Positions 56,232 to 64,000 of a stretch of 64,000 nt of DNA are shown piece after piece; within the stretch, counting starts at the first letter, position 1, and the number at the start of each line of letters is the position of its first letter. The DNA lies in the IMG/VR virus record IMGVR_UViG_3300044640_002221, positions 32,001 through 96,000 of that record; one strand, 5' to 3'. The notes under the pieces were generated by a model. It was not told the origin of the DNA and did not search any database. It saw only the letters and a list, made by a program, of their open reading frames with translations. This stretch comes from a virus. Both the position numbers and the translations under genes were made by a program.

Positions 56232-58546
56232 GCGTCACAGTCCTTTATGTATTTTATAATTTCTGGTAACAATGCTTGTTGCTCTTTTGGTAACTCAGCA
56301 GAGTACCGAGACTTGTTGAAAGTGTAGTATCTGAGTATGTAAGTTAATAAAGGGTACTTCTCTACTAGCTTCTTGAAGATAGGTATGTTAGTCCATTGAT
56401 AACCTTGAAAGTAGTTGTTAGTGTGGTCAGCAGTGCCTTCTAACCTCCAAGATAGATTTTGTAGCCTTTCTCTTTTCTCTGTTCTTTCTGAGAGAGGCTC
56501 AAATACCTCTTTTTGCTCTAACAAACAGAATCCCTCTGCTGGATGGGAATTGATTATTAGAAACCTAGAACAAGATATATCAGCCAGCCAATTACCTTCA
56601 TCTGGTTTGTTTAATAGCTCTATAAGAACTAAAATATCTTCTCTTTTAATAGAAGAAGCTAACAATATTTCAGCCAGCGCACTTGAGGCTCTTTTATCTC
56701 CAAACAAAAAAGTCTTATTAAACCAATCTTGGTCTATTGTGTAGTTAATTAACTCTAGCCCTAGCTTATAGTAATCTGTAAGCCGGTCAAACTCTGTACT
56801 GCAGTAGTCTCTAAAGTTAATCCAGTTAGAGTCTTTTCTTAGCTCTTCAGCTATAGTGTTACTCACAAAAAACAAATCTTTTTTGGACAGAGAGGGAGGA
56901 AGATGGCAACGCTGGAAAGTATATTTAGCTTCTTCAGTCTTGATGTACACTCCTGAATCTGGAAGATCCTCTACTTTTTCTGTAGCTTCATAAATGTTGT
57001 GGATGCTCTCATCTGTTAAAGAGAGAGTTCTTGCGCCTCCTGACTTAACTAAACTTTTTAGACTAGCTTTCTTAGGTGTTAAACTAGAAGTTTTCTTTTT
57101 CTCAAAGTTTACAGTGATAACGTCGTCCATTAAAGATAGGAGTCTATGTCTTTTTACATAGTCTTCAGGCTCTTCTTCTGCTCTAATCGCTAATATGTGT
57201 TTATTAGACTCTACGTTAGCCAGTTTTCTCACTTTGTCTTTTGACATTCCTTTAGGATAAACAACCCAAGCGCAATCTAAGAGATGTTTAAGTGAATGAT
57301 TTGAACCATGAATAGTCGGTGAATCTCCTTGTGGAAGGTTTGCCCAAAATTCTTTGGTGATTTGACTGTATATAGAGTCATAAAAAGCTCCCCAAGTTAG
57401 AAAGCAAGATGAAAACAGGTCTGTGGTCAACCAAATATTTTTAGCACTACTGGCAAAAAAAGAGCATTTTGTAAGAGACACTCCCTGCCTCTCAAAATTA
57501 GAAAAAGGGTAGTCGCTATAAAAAGCTTTTAAGCAACTCCTTAGAGAAGGTAGCGTTACCAACTCAGAAAGTTTGGTTTCAACATCTGTTATTACTGACC
57601 ACACAAGAGCCTTCAGCTTATTTAGGTTCTTGTCTGTGTCTTCTATGTTTTCTCTATTAGAAGTAAGTTCCACTGACCCTACAGGTATTCTGATTATTAG
57701 GCTACTAAAGATTTTACTGTTAGCCGTTACCTCTAAGTCAAACTTAGTTAACAAACCTTTTACTTTTTGTCCTGTGATTAAGTAAGGTAGGTCTCCTATT
57801 AAAACTGTGACTTTTAGATAAGAAGTTCCGGCGTTATTAAAATACCAAGGTAAATCAATATCTCCTTGAAGCTTTTTAGCTACTCCTGTAAATTTCCAAG
57901 CTTTAGTGTCTTGAAAATATCCATACCCTTGTTTGAACACAATGGGTTGCTGCACCCACATAGTAAGTTCTCTGATATAATCAATAACTTTGAATATATC
58001 CTCTTCTTGAATAGGAATGCTTAGCTTTGTGCCATTTGGTTCATTTGTTGGCTGAGTATCTAAAGTAGCAGCGGCACAATTACCTTTTTCATTCCTGTAA
58101 AGAACATGGCTATACTTTATGCTATCGCATACACTTGTTATAGCTACTTGAGGGGCGATCGCCAGCGCACTAAATCTACCAACACCAAATCCACCCATTT
58201 GGGTATTATCTTCTCTTTTAGTAGACTCACCCCATCTCTTGTAAACCTTATCGAACCTTTCAGCACCAATACCTACACCACAATCTTCAAAAATTAGTAA
58301 AGGTTCGTCTTCTGTTGGTAATGTGATAGTAATAGGTAGATGCTGATTTCGTGCTTCTTTGTTAGCGTCTAGTGCGTTTTGTAGAGCCTCCCTGCAAGCA
58401 GCTTTTAAAGGATTTGCATATTGCTTTCTTATCAATATGTCTTGAATAATCTTTTTAGCTGTACCATCAGTTGGCAGGTCAAACTCTGACTGGTCTTCAG
58501 GTCTAAGGTTAGACAGGATAGTTCGTTCTTGTTGTGCTATTTGCAT
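56228..58546 (-). CDS. rIIA: rIIA-like protein with an N-terminal GHKL ATPase
   Basis: REALQNALDA, FEDCGVGI, STKR..N..MGGFGVGRFS. Confidence 0.8.
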   Translation of the reverse strand: MQIAQQERTILSNLRPEDQSEFDLPTDGTAKKIIQDILIRKQYANPLKAACREALQNALDANKEARNQHLPITITLPTEDEPLLIFEDCGVGIGAERFDKVYKRWGESTKREDNTQMGGFGVGRFSALAIAPQVAITSVCDSIKYSHVLYRNEKGNCAAATLDTQPTNEPNGTKLSIPIQEEDIFKVIDYIRELTMWVQQPIVFKQGYGYFQDTKAWKFTGVAKKLQGDIDLPWYFNNAGTSYLKVTVLIGDLPYLITGQKVKGLLTKFDLEVTANSKIFSSLIIRIPVGSVELTSNRENIEDTDKNLNKLKALVWSVITDVETKLSELVTLPSLRSCLKAFYSDYPFSNFERQGVSLTKCSFFASSAKNIWLTTDLFSSCFLTWGAFYDSIYSQITKEFWANLPQGDSPTIHGSNHSLKHLLDCAWVVYPKGMSKDKVRKLANVESNKHILAIRAEEEPEDYVKRHRLLSLMDDVITVNFEKKKTSSLTPKKASLKSLVKSGGARTLSLTDESIHNIYEATEKVEDLPDSGVYIKTEEAKYTFQRCHLPPSLSKKDLFFVSNTIAEELRKDSNWINFRDYCSTEFDRLTDYYKLGLELINYTIDQDWFNKTFLFGDKRASSALAEILLASSIKREDILVLIELLNKPDEGNWLADISCSRFLIINSHPAEGFCLLEQKEVFEPLSERTEKRERLQNLSWRLEGTADHTNNYFQGYQWTNIPIFKKLVEKYPLLTYILRYYTFNKSRYSAELPKEQQALLPEIIKYIKDCDA

Positions 58547-58709
58547 ATTTAGTTTATTTTAAATTCTCTTTCCCTTTTCTTTTTTCTTACAGGAGAGCTA
58601 CTACTCTCCTAAATTTGCTACTTACTACACTTGTTGTTAACTTGCTCTTTTGATGGATTCAGGTCTGCTATCACTTTTAGCTTAACCGACAAAAGCTCCA
58701 CCAAGTTCT

Positions 58710-59144
58710 TCAAAGTTCACGTACAAACTCTTTAATTCTGTTAATTACTTGCTGTTTTATACCAACTTGCTGCTGGAGGTCGAAGAGATCATCTTCATTT
58801 ATTTCTACATAACAGCAGACATTAAATAACCAAAAAGCAGGGGGTATACCTCCTCTCTTATGACTAGGAGTTAACGCAACTTTACTTAATTGGTCTTCAG
58901 TTCTTTTTAAACTAAAGAACTGTTCTACTGCGTCCCAATAAAAGAACTGCTCTCCATCTAAGCATAGCATGGGGCTTCCACTCGGACTTAGTTTAAACCC
59001 TCTTTCAATAAACCAAGGGTGTTGGGCGGCGTGACCAATAGCACAAGCAGTTGTTAAGCAAGTCCAGCTACTAAGGTCAATTAACTCATCTGGAGTAGCT
59101 TCTAAAATCTCTACTACCTTCAACAATGCTTCTACGTTAGGCAT
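58710..59144 (-). CDS. Hypothetical protein, paralog array member 3
   Basis: VEALLKV...DLSSW...TACAIGHAA. Confidence 0.65.
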   Translation of the reverse strand: MPNVEALLKVVEILEATPDELIDLSSWTCLTTACAIGHAAQHPWFIERGFKLSPSGSPMLCLDGEQFFYWDAVEQFFSLKRTEDQLSKVALTPSHKRGGIPPAFWLFNVCCYVEINEDDLFDLQQQVGIKQQVINRIKEFVREL

Positions 59145-59565
59145 TTTTTGTCTTCTCTTCCGGTTTGTAATGTGCCTTAATAAATTGATCTATTACTTGA
59201 CCAAGAATCTCAGCTCTTTCTTTACTATTTTCTGCTGCTCTTGCATAGGCATTATGTAAGTCTACTGGCCAGTAATTTCTATGAAACAGATCCTCGGTAA
59301 TGTTCCACTCATCATCTGTAAAACCTAAGATTTTAGAAGCAGCTTGAGATGCATAGGCTTCTAATGCTAAGTCGTTTAGGTTAGAGTCTGCACTATTCTC
59401 CTCAATAAACTTATTAATTATCAACTGACCTGCTATACAAGAAACAGTTCCACAGGGAGTGTCACATTCTGTTTGAATCCAAACTCCCATATTTAAGCTT
59501 TCAGGTTCAGCTAGTTTTTGAGCTTTAACTTGCAATAACGCTTCTACACCTTCTTTAGTCAGCAT
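59137..59565 (-). CDS. Hypothetical protein, paralog array member 2
   Basis: GVEALLQVK..KLAEPESLNM...SCIAGQLI...LFHR.YW. Confidence 0.65.
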   Translation of the reverse strand: MLTKEGVEALLQVKAQKLAEPESLNMGVWIQTECDTPCGTVSCIAGQLIINKFIEENSADSNLNDLALEAYASQAASKILGFTDDEWNITEDLFHRNYWPVDLHNAYARAAENSKERAEILGQVIDQFIKAHYKPEEKTKNA

Positions 59566-59591
59566 TTTGTAGTTCTTCCTCTTGGTAGTTT

Positions 59592-59984
59592 TTAGCCTTC
59601 CTCTTGGTAGTTTTTAGCTATGAATCTGTTAATTACTTCAGCTACTATTTGAGCTCTTTCATTTGCGGTAGTAGAGTTTTGCCATCTATTATATAAGTCT
59701 TTATCCCAGTAAAGTCTATGAAATAGAGAATCAGTTATCCTTTGATTATCAGGGTCTCCTTCAAATGGTATTCCCACAATAGAGCCTGCCAGCTTATGAC
59801 ACTCAAAGTCAATCTGTTCAGCTTCTTTAAGTCTCTGCATACCATACTTATTAAGTATTAACTGACCACCTATGCAAGTTGCTCCAAAATGGTCTAAATA
59901 AGTGTGCATTACTAGAGAGTCGGGGTCTGCAAGCTTTTGTTCTTTAACTTTTAATAGGGCTTCTACGCCGGCTGTTGTTAGCAT
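59592..59984 (-). CDS. Hypothetical protein, paralog array member 1
   Basis: GVEALLKVK..KLADPDSLVM...TCIGGQLI...LFHRLYW. Confidence 0.65.
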   Translation of the reverse strand: MLTTAGVEALLKVKEQKLADPDSLVMHTYLDHFGATCIGGQLILNKYGMQRLKEAEQIDFECHKLAGSIVGIPFEGDPDNQRITDSLFHRLYWDKDLYNRWQNSTTANERAQIVAEVINRFIAKNYQEEG

Positions 59985-60112
59985 AATCTGCTTTTCCTTC
60001 TTCTATTTGTAAGTTAATTAAGTGTTGGTCTAGTCCTGGTTCTTTAGCTGGGTCGCTATAAAACCCAACAATCTTGCTACTAGGAATGGTTAGCAAGCCA
60101 AGCTTAGGCTGC

Positions 60113-60598
60113 TTATCTCTCAGCCATATTTGGTGCACTGTCAGTTTGCCAGTTACCATTCTCTTTCTGAACAAACTTGAATCTGGGATAAACCAAGTTA
60201 CCCCAGCAGGGGTTGTTGTAAAGCCATTTACCACGCTCTTCTGTAGGTTCTGTAAAAGAGTGCCTAACAAAGAAAACAACGCCCTTCTTGGCAAAGAAAA
60301 AGGCGTTCTTGAGGATCTCGAAAGCTTGGTTAAAGGGTGGGTTTGTAACTACCCAATCTGTCTCTGGAAACTCTAACCAACTTCTAGAGTTAGCAGCATC
60401 ATAGTGTGAGTCAGCTTTAAGGTTAGTATTTATGTCATTAGTCCAGACCTTAGTAACGTTCTTGAAGTGAGGAAGGATAGAAGAGAGGTTGCCAGCCCCG
60501 CTGCATGGTTCTCCTACTACTCCATCAAGAGTTATGTAACTTGGTAAGTGGGTTACAAACCAACCAGGGCTGTCGTAGTGGTCTAGTAAGTTTCTCAT
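60113..60598 (-). CDS. DNA N6-adenine methyltransferase-like protein (C-terminus possibly continues in 59944..60140)
   Basis: EPCSGAG SAM-binding motif, WTNDI, WVVTNPPF catalytic motif, F...TEPT..R..WL, QTDS. Confidence 0.75.
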   Translation of the reverse strand: MRNLLDHYDSPGWFVTHLPSYITLDGVVGEPCSGAGNLSSILPHFKNVTKVWTNDINTNLKADSHYDAANSRSWLEFPETDWVVTNPPFNQAFEILKNAFFFAKKGVVFFVRHSFTEPTEERGKWLYNNPCWGNLVYPRFKFVQKENGNWQTDSAPNMAER

Positions 60599-60632
60599 CC
60601 CCCTATTATCAGTCCTAAGTCACCATAGCTTT

Positions 60633-60833
60633 CTACTTTCTCTCTATCACAAAAGAAATGCTCCCAGCTTGTGGGCACTTGGTAGTTTCCAAGTTTAAGG
60701 GTGGGATTGGTTTGCTTGGTGGTCTGTGGTCTGTTCTGACAGGTAGAGTTTGACATTGTAATACCTTATTAATCTCTTGTTGATTCCAGCCATGCCCTGA
60801 GAGCAGCACAGCAGCTTCTTCCTTAGTTCTCAA
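60633..60833 (-). CDS. Hypothetical protein
   Basis: ORF track. Confidence 0.5.
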   Translation of the reverse strand: MRTKEEAAVLLSGHGWNQQEINKVLQCQTLPVRTDHRPPSKPIPPLNLETTKCPQAGSISFVIERK

Positions 60834-60919
60834 GGTTCTGACTCCTTTATTACAGTCAAGGCAACTGACAGAGCTAGAAGGAGAAATATTACTAACACTC
60901 TTAAGATTACAAAACTCAT
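60830..60919 (-). CDS. Single-TM microprotein (29 aa)
   Basis: Hand translation MSFVILRVLVIFLLLALSVALTVIKESEP. Confidence 0.45.
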   Translation of the reverse strand: MSFVILRVLVIFLLLALSVALTVIKESEP

Positions 60920-60930
60920 AATTTCTCTCT

Positions 60931-61032
60931 TCAGGGTAAGTTGAGCAAGCAGACTACGTATGTGTATGCCAAAATAGCAAGGATTGCTACTAGAGACAAT
61001 AAAATGTCTATCAAGTTCTCTTCATCTAACAT
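60931..61032 (-). CDS. Single-TM microprotein (33 aa)
   Basis: Hand translation MLDEENLIDILLSLVAILAILAYTYVVCLLNLP. Confidence 0.45.
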   Translation of the reverse strand: MLDEENLIDILLSLVAILAILAYTYVVCLLNLP

Positions 61033-61147
61033 TTAGTAAAACCTTGTTTAAGTTGGTAAAAAGACTAAGCCACAGCAAGTAGCTAATAGAGCTTACTATT
61101 AGTGCGGCTACTGGGAAAGCTATTAAGTTTTTAATTGTCGTCTTCAT
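61022..61147 (-). CDS. Single-TM microprotein (41 aa)
   Basis: Hand translation MKTTIKNLIAFPVAALIVSSISYLLWLSLFTNLNKVLLNVR. Confidence 0.5.
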   Translation of the reverse strand: MKTTIKNLIAFPVAALIVSSISYLLWLSLFTNLNKVLLNVR

Positions 61148-61153
61148 TGTTAG

Positions 61154-61375
61154 TTAGGCGTACCATCTTTCAGTTAATAATTCTTGAGAAGTCAGAATTA
61201 ACTTTGCTTTCTCCACTAAGTTATCAGTACCACCATTAGCTATGTATTCCAGAAACTCCTTGTAGAGGTCATCTTCAATTATGTGGGCAGTTTCAGTGTC
61301 TTCTTCTTCTATCTCACTTAAGGTCTCCTGAATGTACTCCAGGGACATTTCTTCTTTACCTTTGTCATTAGTCAT
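61154..61375 (-). CDS. Hypothetical protein
   Basis: ORF track; D.E.AH..ED.LY..FL..IA pattern. Confidence 0.6.
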   Translation of the reverse strand: MTNDKGKEEMSLEYIQETLSEIEEEDTETAHIIEDDLYKEFLEYIANGGTDNLVEKAKLILTSQELLTERWYA

Positions 61376-62210
61376 TCTCTATCTCCTTGTTATACTTAAT
61401 TGCAAAGTCATTAGCTGCTTCAATGTACTTATCTAAGTCAGAAGCATAAACCCCGGCGCAATGGTAAGAACCAAGCTCTGCAACTTTTAACTCAGAGTTT
61501 CCTTCCATTCTACTGGTAGTGCAGATGTCTATACTCCACATAGCAGAAGGGTACCATTTAGCAGACTTAACTATCTTTTCTACTTCTGCTATTAAACCAG
61601 AAGAATGTTGACGAATAGGCCAAACTTCTCTGTAATCTAGGCTATAGTGGCTGCCAGTGACAAACTTATCACCATACATAAAGCAGCGCCATTCATTGAC
61701 TATCTCTTGCCTTGGAGCCACCAGAACCTTAAAGTCTTTACTCTGTCTGAGATAAATACAAAGCTGTTCAAGGCACCGATAGTCTGTAAGGTTAATTACT
61801 CCGCCGTGGAACTGCTTTAAGCCGCTGTCAGGTCTGATAAACAGTTCTCCTTGAGACTGGAAGTAATCAAGAATCTCAGCTCTGCGCCGCCACAGCTCTG
61901 ATAAAGATAGGATTAGATATTTACTGTTTAAAGCATGATTTCCGAAGTGGGTGAGCCAAGTCGAGCAGTTATAGTTTGACCAGTCATCAATTCCCACCTG
62001 CTGGTCTAAACCCATTGCTCTACAGCTTCTAAAGCTTCCTCTATAGGTTGGAACTTTATCAAACTTTGCTGCTTTGAGTTTAGGAGTAAAGTCATTACGA
62101 AGCATAAAGTTCTTATCAAACTCTAGAACCTCTAAGTTATGTCTTCTTAAAGCAGCAACGAACTGTTCGTCATTGAATACACCATGCTCGTAAATCCAGG
62201 TAGGCTTCAC
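61368..62210 (-). CDS. ATP-grasp fold protein (R2K/DUF4343-like)
   Basis: LFIRPDSGLKQFHG, EWRCF, SIDI, VAELG..HCAG.Y. Confidence 0.7.
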   Translation of the reverse strand: MKPTWIYEHGVFNDEQFVAALRRHNLEVLEFDKNFMLRNDFTPKLKAAKFDKVPTYRGSFRSCRAMGLDQQVGIDDWSNYNCSTWLTHFGNHALNSKYLILSLSELWRRRAEILDYFQSQGELFIRPDSGLKQFHGGVINLTDYRCLEQLCIYLRQSKDFKVLVAPRQEIVNEWRCFMYGDKFVTGSHYSLDYREVWPIRQHSSGLIAEVEKIVKSAKWYPSAMWSIDICTTSRMEGNSELKVAELGSYHCAGVYASDLDKYIEAANDFAIKYNKEIEND

Positions 62211-62680
62211 ACTACTCCTCCCAGTCGGTCTTGAGAAATAATCTGGTCTATAAAGGGTTTGATATTAAACTCTACTGGCTTACCAAATTCTAGCCTTGCA
62301 CCTTCTTTACCACTTTCAACCTTACAAGTTTTAGAAACTCTATCTAGAGATAGTAGAAGACTCTTCTCATAAACAAAGATAACAGGGCGCCATTCAAGAG
62401 TAAATAACTCTAGTGACTCAAAGACGCTCTTTTGAAGGCAGACGGTGATTTTAGATTCATCTCTGGGTAAAATAACCCAGTTTAACAAGTCAAAGTCTTT
62501 TGGAAACCAACTAGGCTGGCAATCAACTGTAAGAAACTCACCTCTTTTTAGTAGAGGCTGAGACTTTCTAAAGAAAGAAGCCAGCCTCTCCACGTCTTTG
62601 TTTAACTCATTAGCTACTTCTTGCTCCATCAACTCAAGAAGCTTTTCTGTAGTTTCTCTAAGTCTATGATGTATGTTCAT
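62207..62680 (-). CDS. Hypothetical protein
   Basis: ORF track. Confidence 0.6.
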   Translation of the reverse strand: MNIHHRLRETTEKLLELMEQEVANELNKDVERLASFFRKSQPLLKRGEFLTVDCQPSWFPKDFDLLNWVILPRDESKITVCLQKSVFESLELFTLEWRPVIFVYEKSLLLSLDRVSKTCKVESGKEGARLEFGKPVEFNIKPFIDQIISQDRLGGVV

Positions 62681-62889
62681 TGACCTACTCTCTCAAACCT
62701 CTTAACAAGTTTACCATCAACCTCCACGCTTTCATTAAATTGCTCTGGACTTCTGGTAAACAAAGGGTAGGGGCTGGGGTAAAGCGGAATGTAAACTACT
62801 CGCATTTCATCTTCATCAGCTTCTTTAGCTACGCCTATAACCTGGTAGAGGTTGCCTTTGTAATGCTTATAAGTGCCTGGTTGTATCAT
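62677..62889 (-). CDS. DUF1653-family protein
   Basis: G.YKHYKGNLYQVIG.A...VVY..LY...R....F.E.V. Confidence 0.85.
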   Translation of the reverse strand: MIQPGTYKHYKGNLYQVIGVAKEADEDEMRVVYIPLYPSPYPLFTRSPEQFNESVEVDGKLVKRFERVGQ

Positions 62890-62926
62890 TAGTTTTTCTT
62901 TTAGTTCCTTACTCTTTTCTTTTTTC

Positions 62927-63475
62927 TTACTTTACTTCACTAAGTTGAGGTTCTTCTGTTACTTTCTTTTTTCTGGGTTTCTTTACTGTAGGAGAGGCTA
63001 CTTTACTTTCAGCTTGCTCTATTTGCTCTGCAGCTTTTTCTAACTGTGTTGCGGCTTTTTCTATTTGCTTTTCTTCTTTTACTACTTTTACTGGAGATAA
63101 CAAAACCCAAGGCGCGGTGAGTTGTTCTTTATTGAGAGTTATAACCCAGAGTTCTTTAGGTTCTGCTTGTATTTCCCATTTGATACCTAACCAGAGTTCT
63201 TGTTGGATAGGATGGCTGCTGGGGCGCAGACCAGAGACTACGGTGAAGGAGTTACCGAGTTTCAATTGGGAGATAGTTTGTTTATCATTCACACTATGTA
63301 CATAAGCCACTCCTGGGCGGAGGGAGAGAACTTTAGTAAAGAAGAACTCAGCGCGGACGAAGCCTTCTTCTGATAGAAGTTTTGTAAGGTTCTGGGCGCA
63401 GGTAGTAGCCCAGGCTGTGAGTAGGGTATGTTTCTGTTGGTCTGGTAAAACAACTGGATGAGCGATGAGTGCCAT
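62927..63475 (-). CDS. Hypothetical protein
   Basis: ORF track. Confidence 0.6.
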   Translation of the reverse strand: MALIAHPVVLPDQQKHTLLTAWATTCAQNLTKLLSEEGFVRAEFFFTKVLSLRPGVAYVHSVNDKQTISQLKLGNSFTVVSGLRPSSHPIQQELWLGIKWEIQAEPKELWVITLNKEQLTAPWVLLSPVKVVKEEKQIEKAATQLEKAAEQIEQAESKVASPTVKKPRKKKVTEEPQLSEVK

Positions 63476-63477
63476 AA

Positions 63478-63888
63478 TTAGTGTTGAATAATAGGTTTTT
63501 TAAGTGCTCTGCGAAGTTCTTGCCAAGTAGTTTTAGGAGGGTTTAGTAGAGGCTCGCCTATTGACCTTTCTTGAGGATTGACTGCGATTGCCTTGACTGC
63601 CTGAACACCCTGCTCAACTGCTTGACCAAGTTTCTTCATTACCCAGCTTACTACTGCTTTAACCTTAGCACCAGCTCTCATGTCTTTCTCTATTGCTCCA
63701 GCTACAGCAGTTACAAGTTCTTCTGTGTCTTTTAACGAAGCGTACTTAACTGTTTCTCTAGCTGTAATGACTGGTTTTAGAACAGATTGTGTTGAAGGGT
63801 TGTACTTACTATCAGCTCTATAAAACTTCCTGTATAGAAGTACAAGAGTGTAGGGAGGATTAATTGGTGAATGGTTTGTGATAGTCAT
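63478..63888 (-). CDS. Hypothetical protein
   Basis: ORF track. Confidence 0.6.
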   Translation of the reverse strand: MTITNHSPINPPYTLVLLYRKFYRADSKYNPSTQSVLKPVITARETVKYASLKDTEELVTAVAGAIEKDMRAGAKVKAVVSWVMKKLGQAVEQGVQAVKAIAVNPQERSIGEPLLNPPKTTWQELRRALKKPIIQH

Positions 63889-64000
63889 AGAGTCTCTCTT
63901 TTTTAGTTAAAACCTTACTGTCTGTAAGGCTATCCCTAATAGGGTGTTATGATTCTTGCTAAAGAGAGTATCACAAATTTCCTGTAAGTTTGTAGTAGTT

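Noticed and set aside
25341-62170. The palindrome as a LexA/DinR SOS box or parS
   Set aside because: The spacer is 1 nt rather than GAAC-N4-GTTC, and it does not match the cyanobacterial RGTAC-N3-DGTWCB box or the parS TGTTNCACGTGAAACA consensus
4413-63305. The many short + strand ORFs in the track (e.g. 4413, 9134, 15790, 22642, 37091, 44621, 54186, 60074)
   Set aside because: They are antisense shadows of well-supported minus-strand genes, with atypical composition and no motifs
1-64000. Prophage or host chromosome origin
   Set aside because: No integrase, att site, IS or host housekeeping operon; gene density, strand bias and content fit a large lytic phage, although the window alone cannot exclude integration

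Overview
This window is 64 kb of a large lytic phage genome, almost entirely coded on the minus strand. The host is probably a HIP1-containing (non-pico) cyanobacterium: I count 12 GCGATCGC sites, and the phage carries a cyanobacterial-type sigma factor and thymidylate synthase. Replication and recombination genes include a DnaG-like primase, SF2 and SNF2 helicases, a DnaX-like clamp loader, a DnaN-like clamp, a UDG-like protein, RecA and a PD-(D/E)XK nuclease. Other genes include a + strand tail fibre, an endolysin, rIIA/rIIB, a vWA protein, an ATP-grasp protein and many small hypotheticals. Main result: the family A DNA polymerase gene spans 23872-35554 and can be rebuilt by hand across five group I introns (junctions DYAG|QE, WRWV|DEE, AIQG|ECAQ, VHD|EL). 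These introns carry unusual cargo. One is 4.4 kb with about ten non-nuclease genes inside a perfect 19-bp P8 stem. Two sit in tandem with a zero-length exon. One holds an intact tRNA(CAU) in P6. One holds an HTH gene in L1 and a split tRNA-like element around its LAGLIDADG gene. Also notable are a candidate ~290-nt ncRNA with a heptamer-repeat array downstream of a coiled-coil gene, a dispersed 13-17 bp palindrome (ACGAACWGTTCGT) and a recurring polypurine motif upstream of start codons. Everything here comes from reading the sequence by eye; no searches or folding programs were run.
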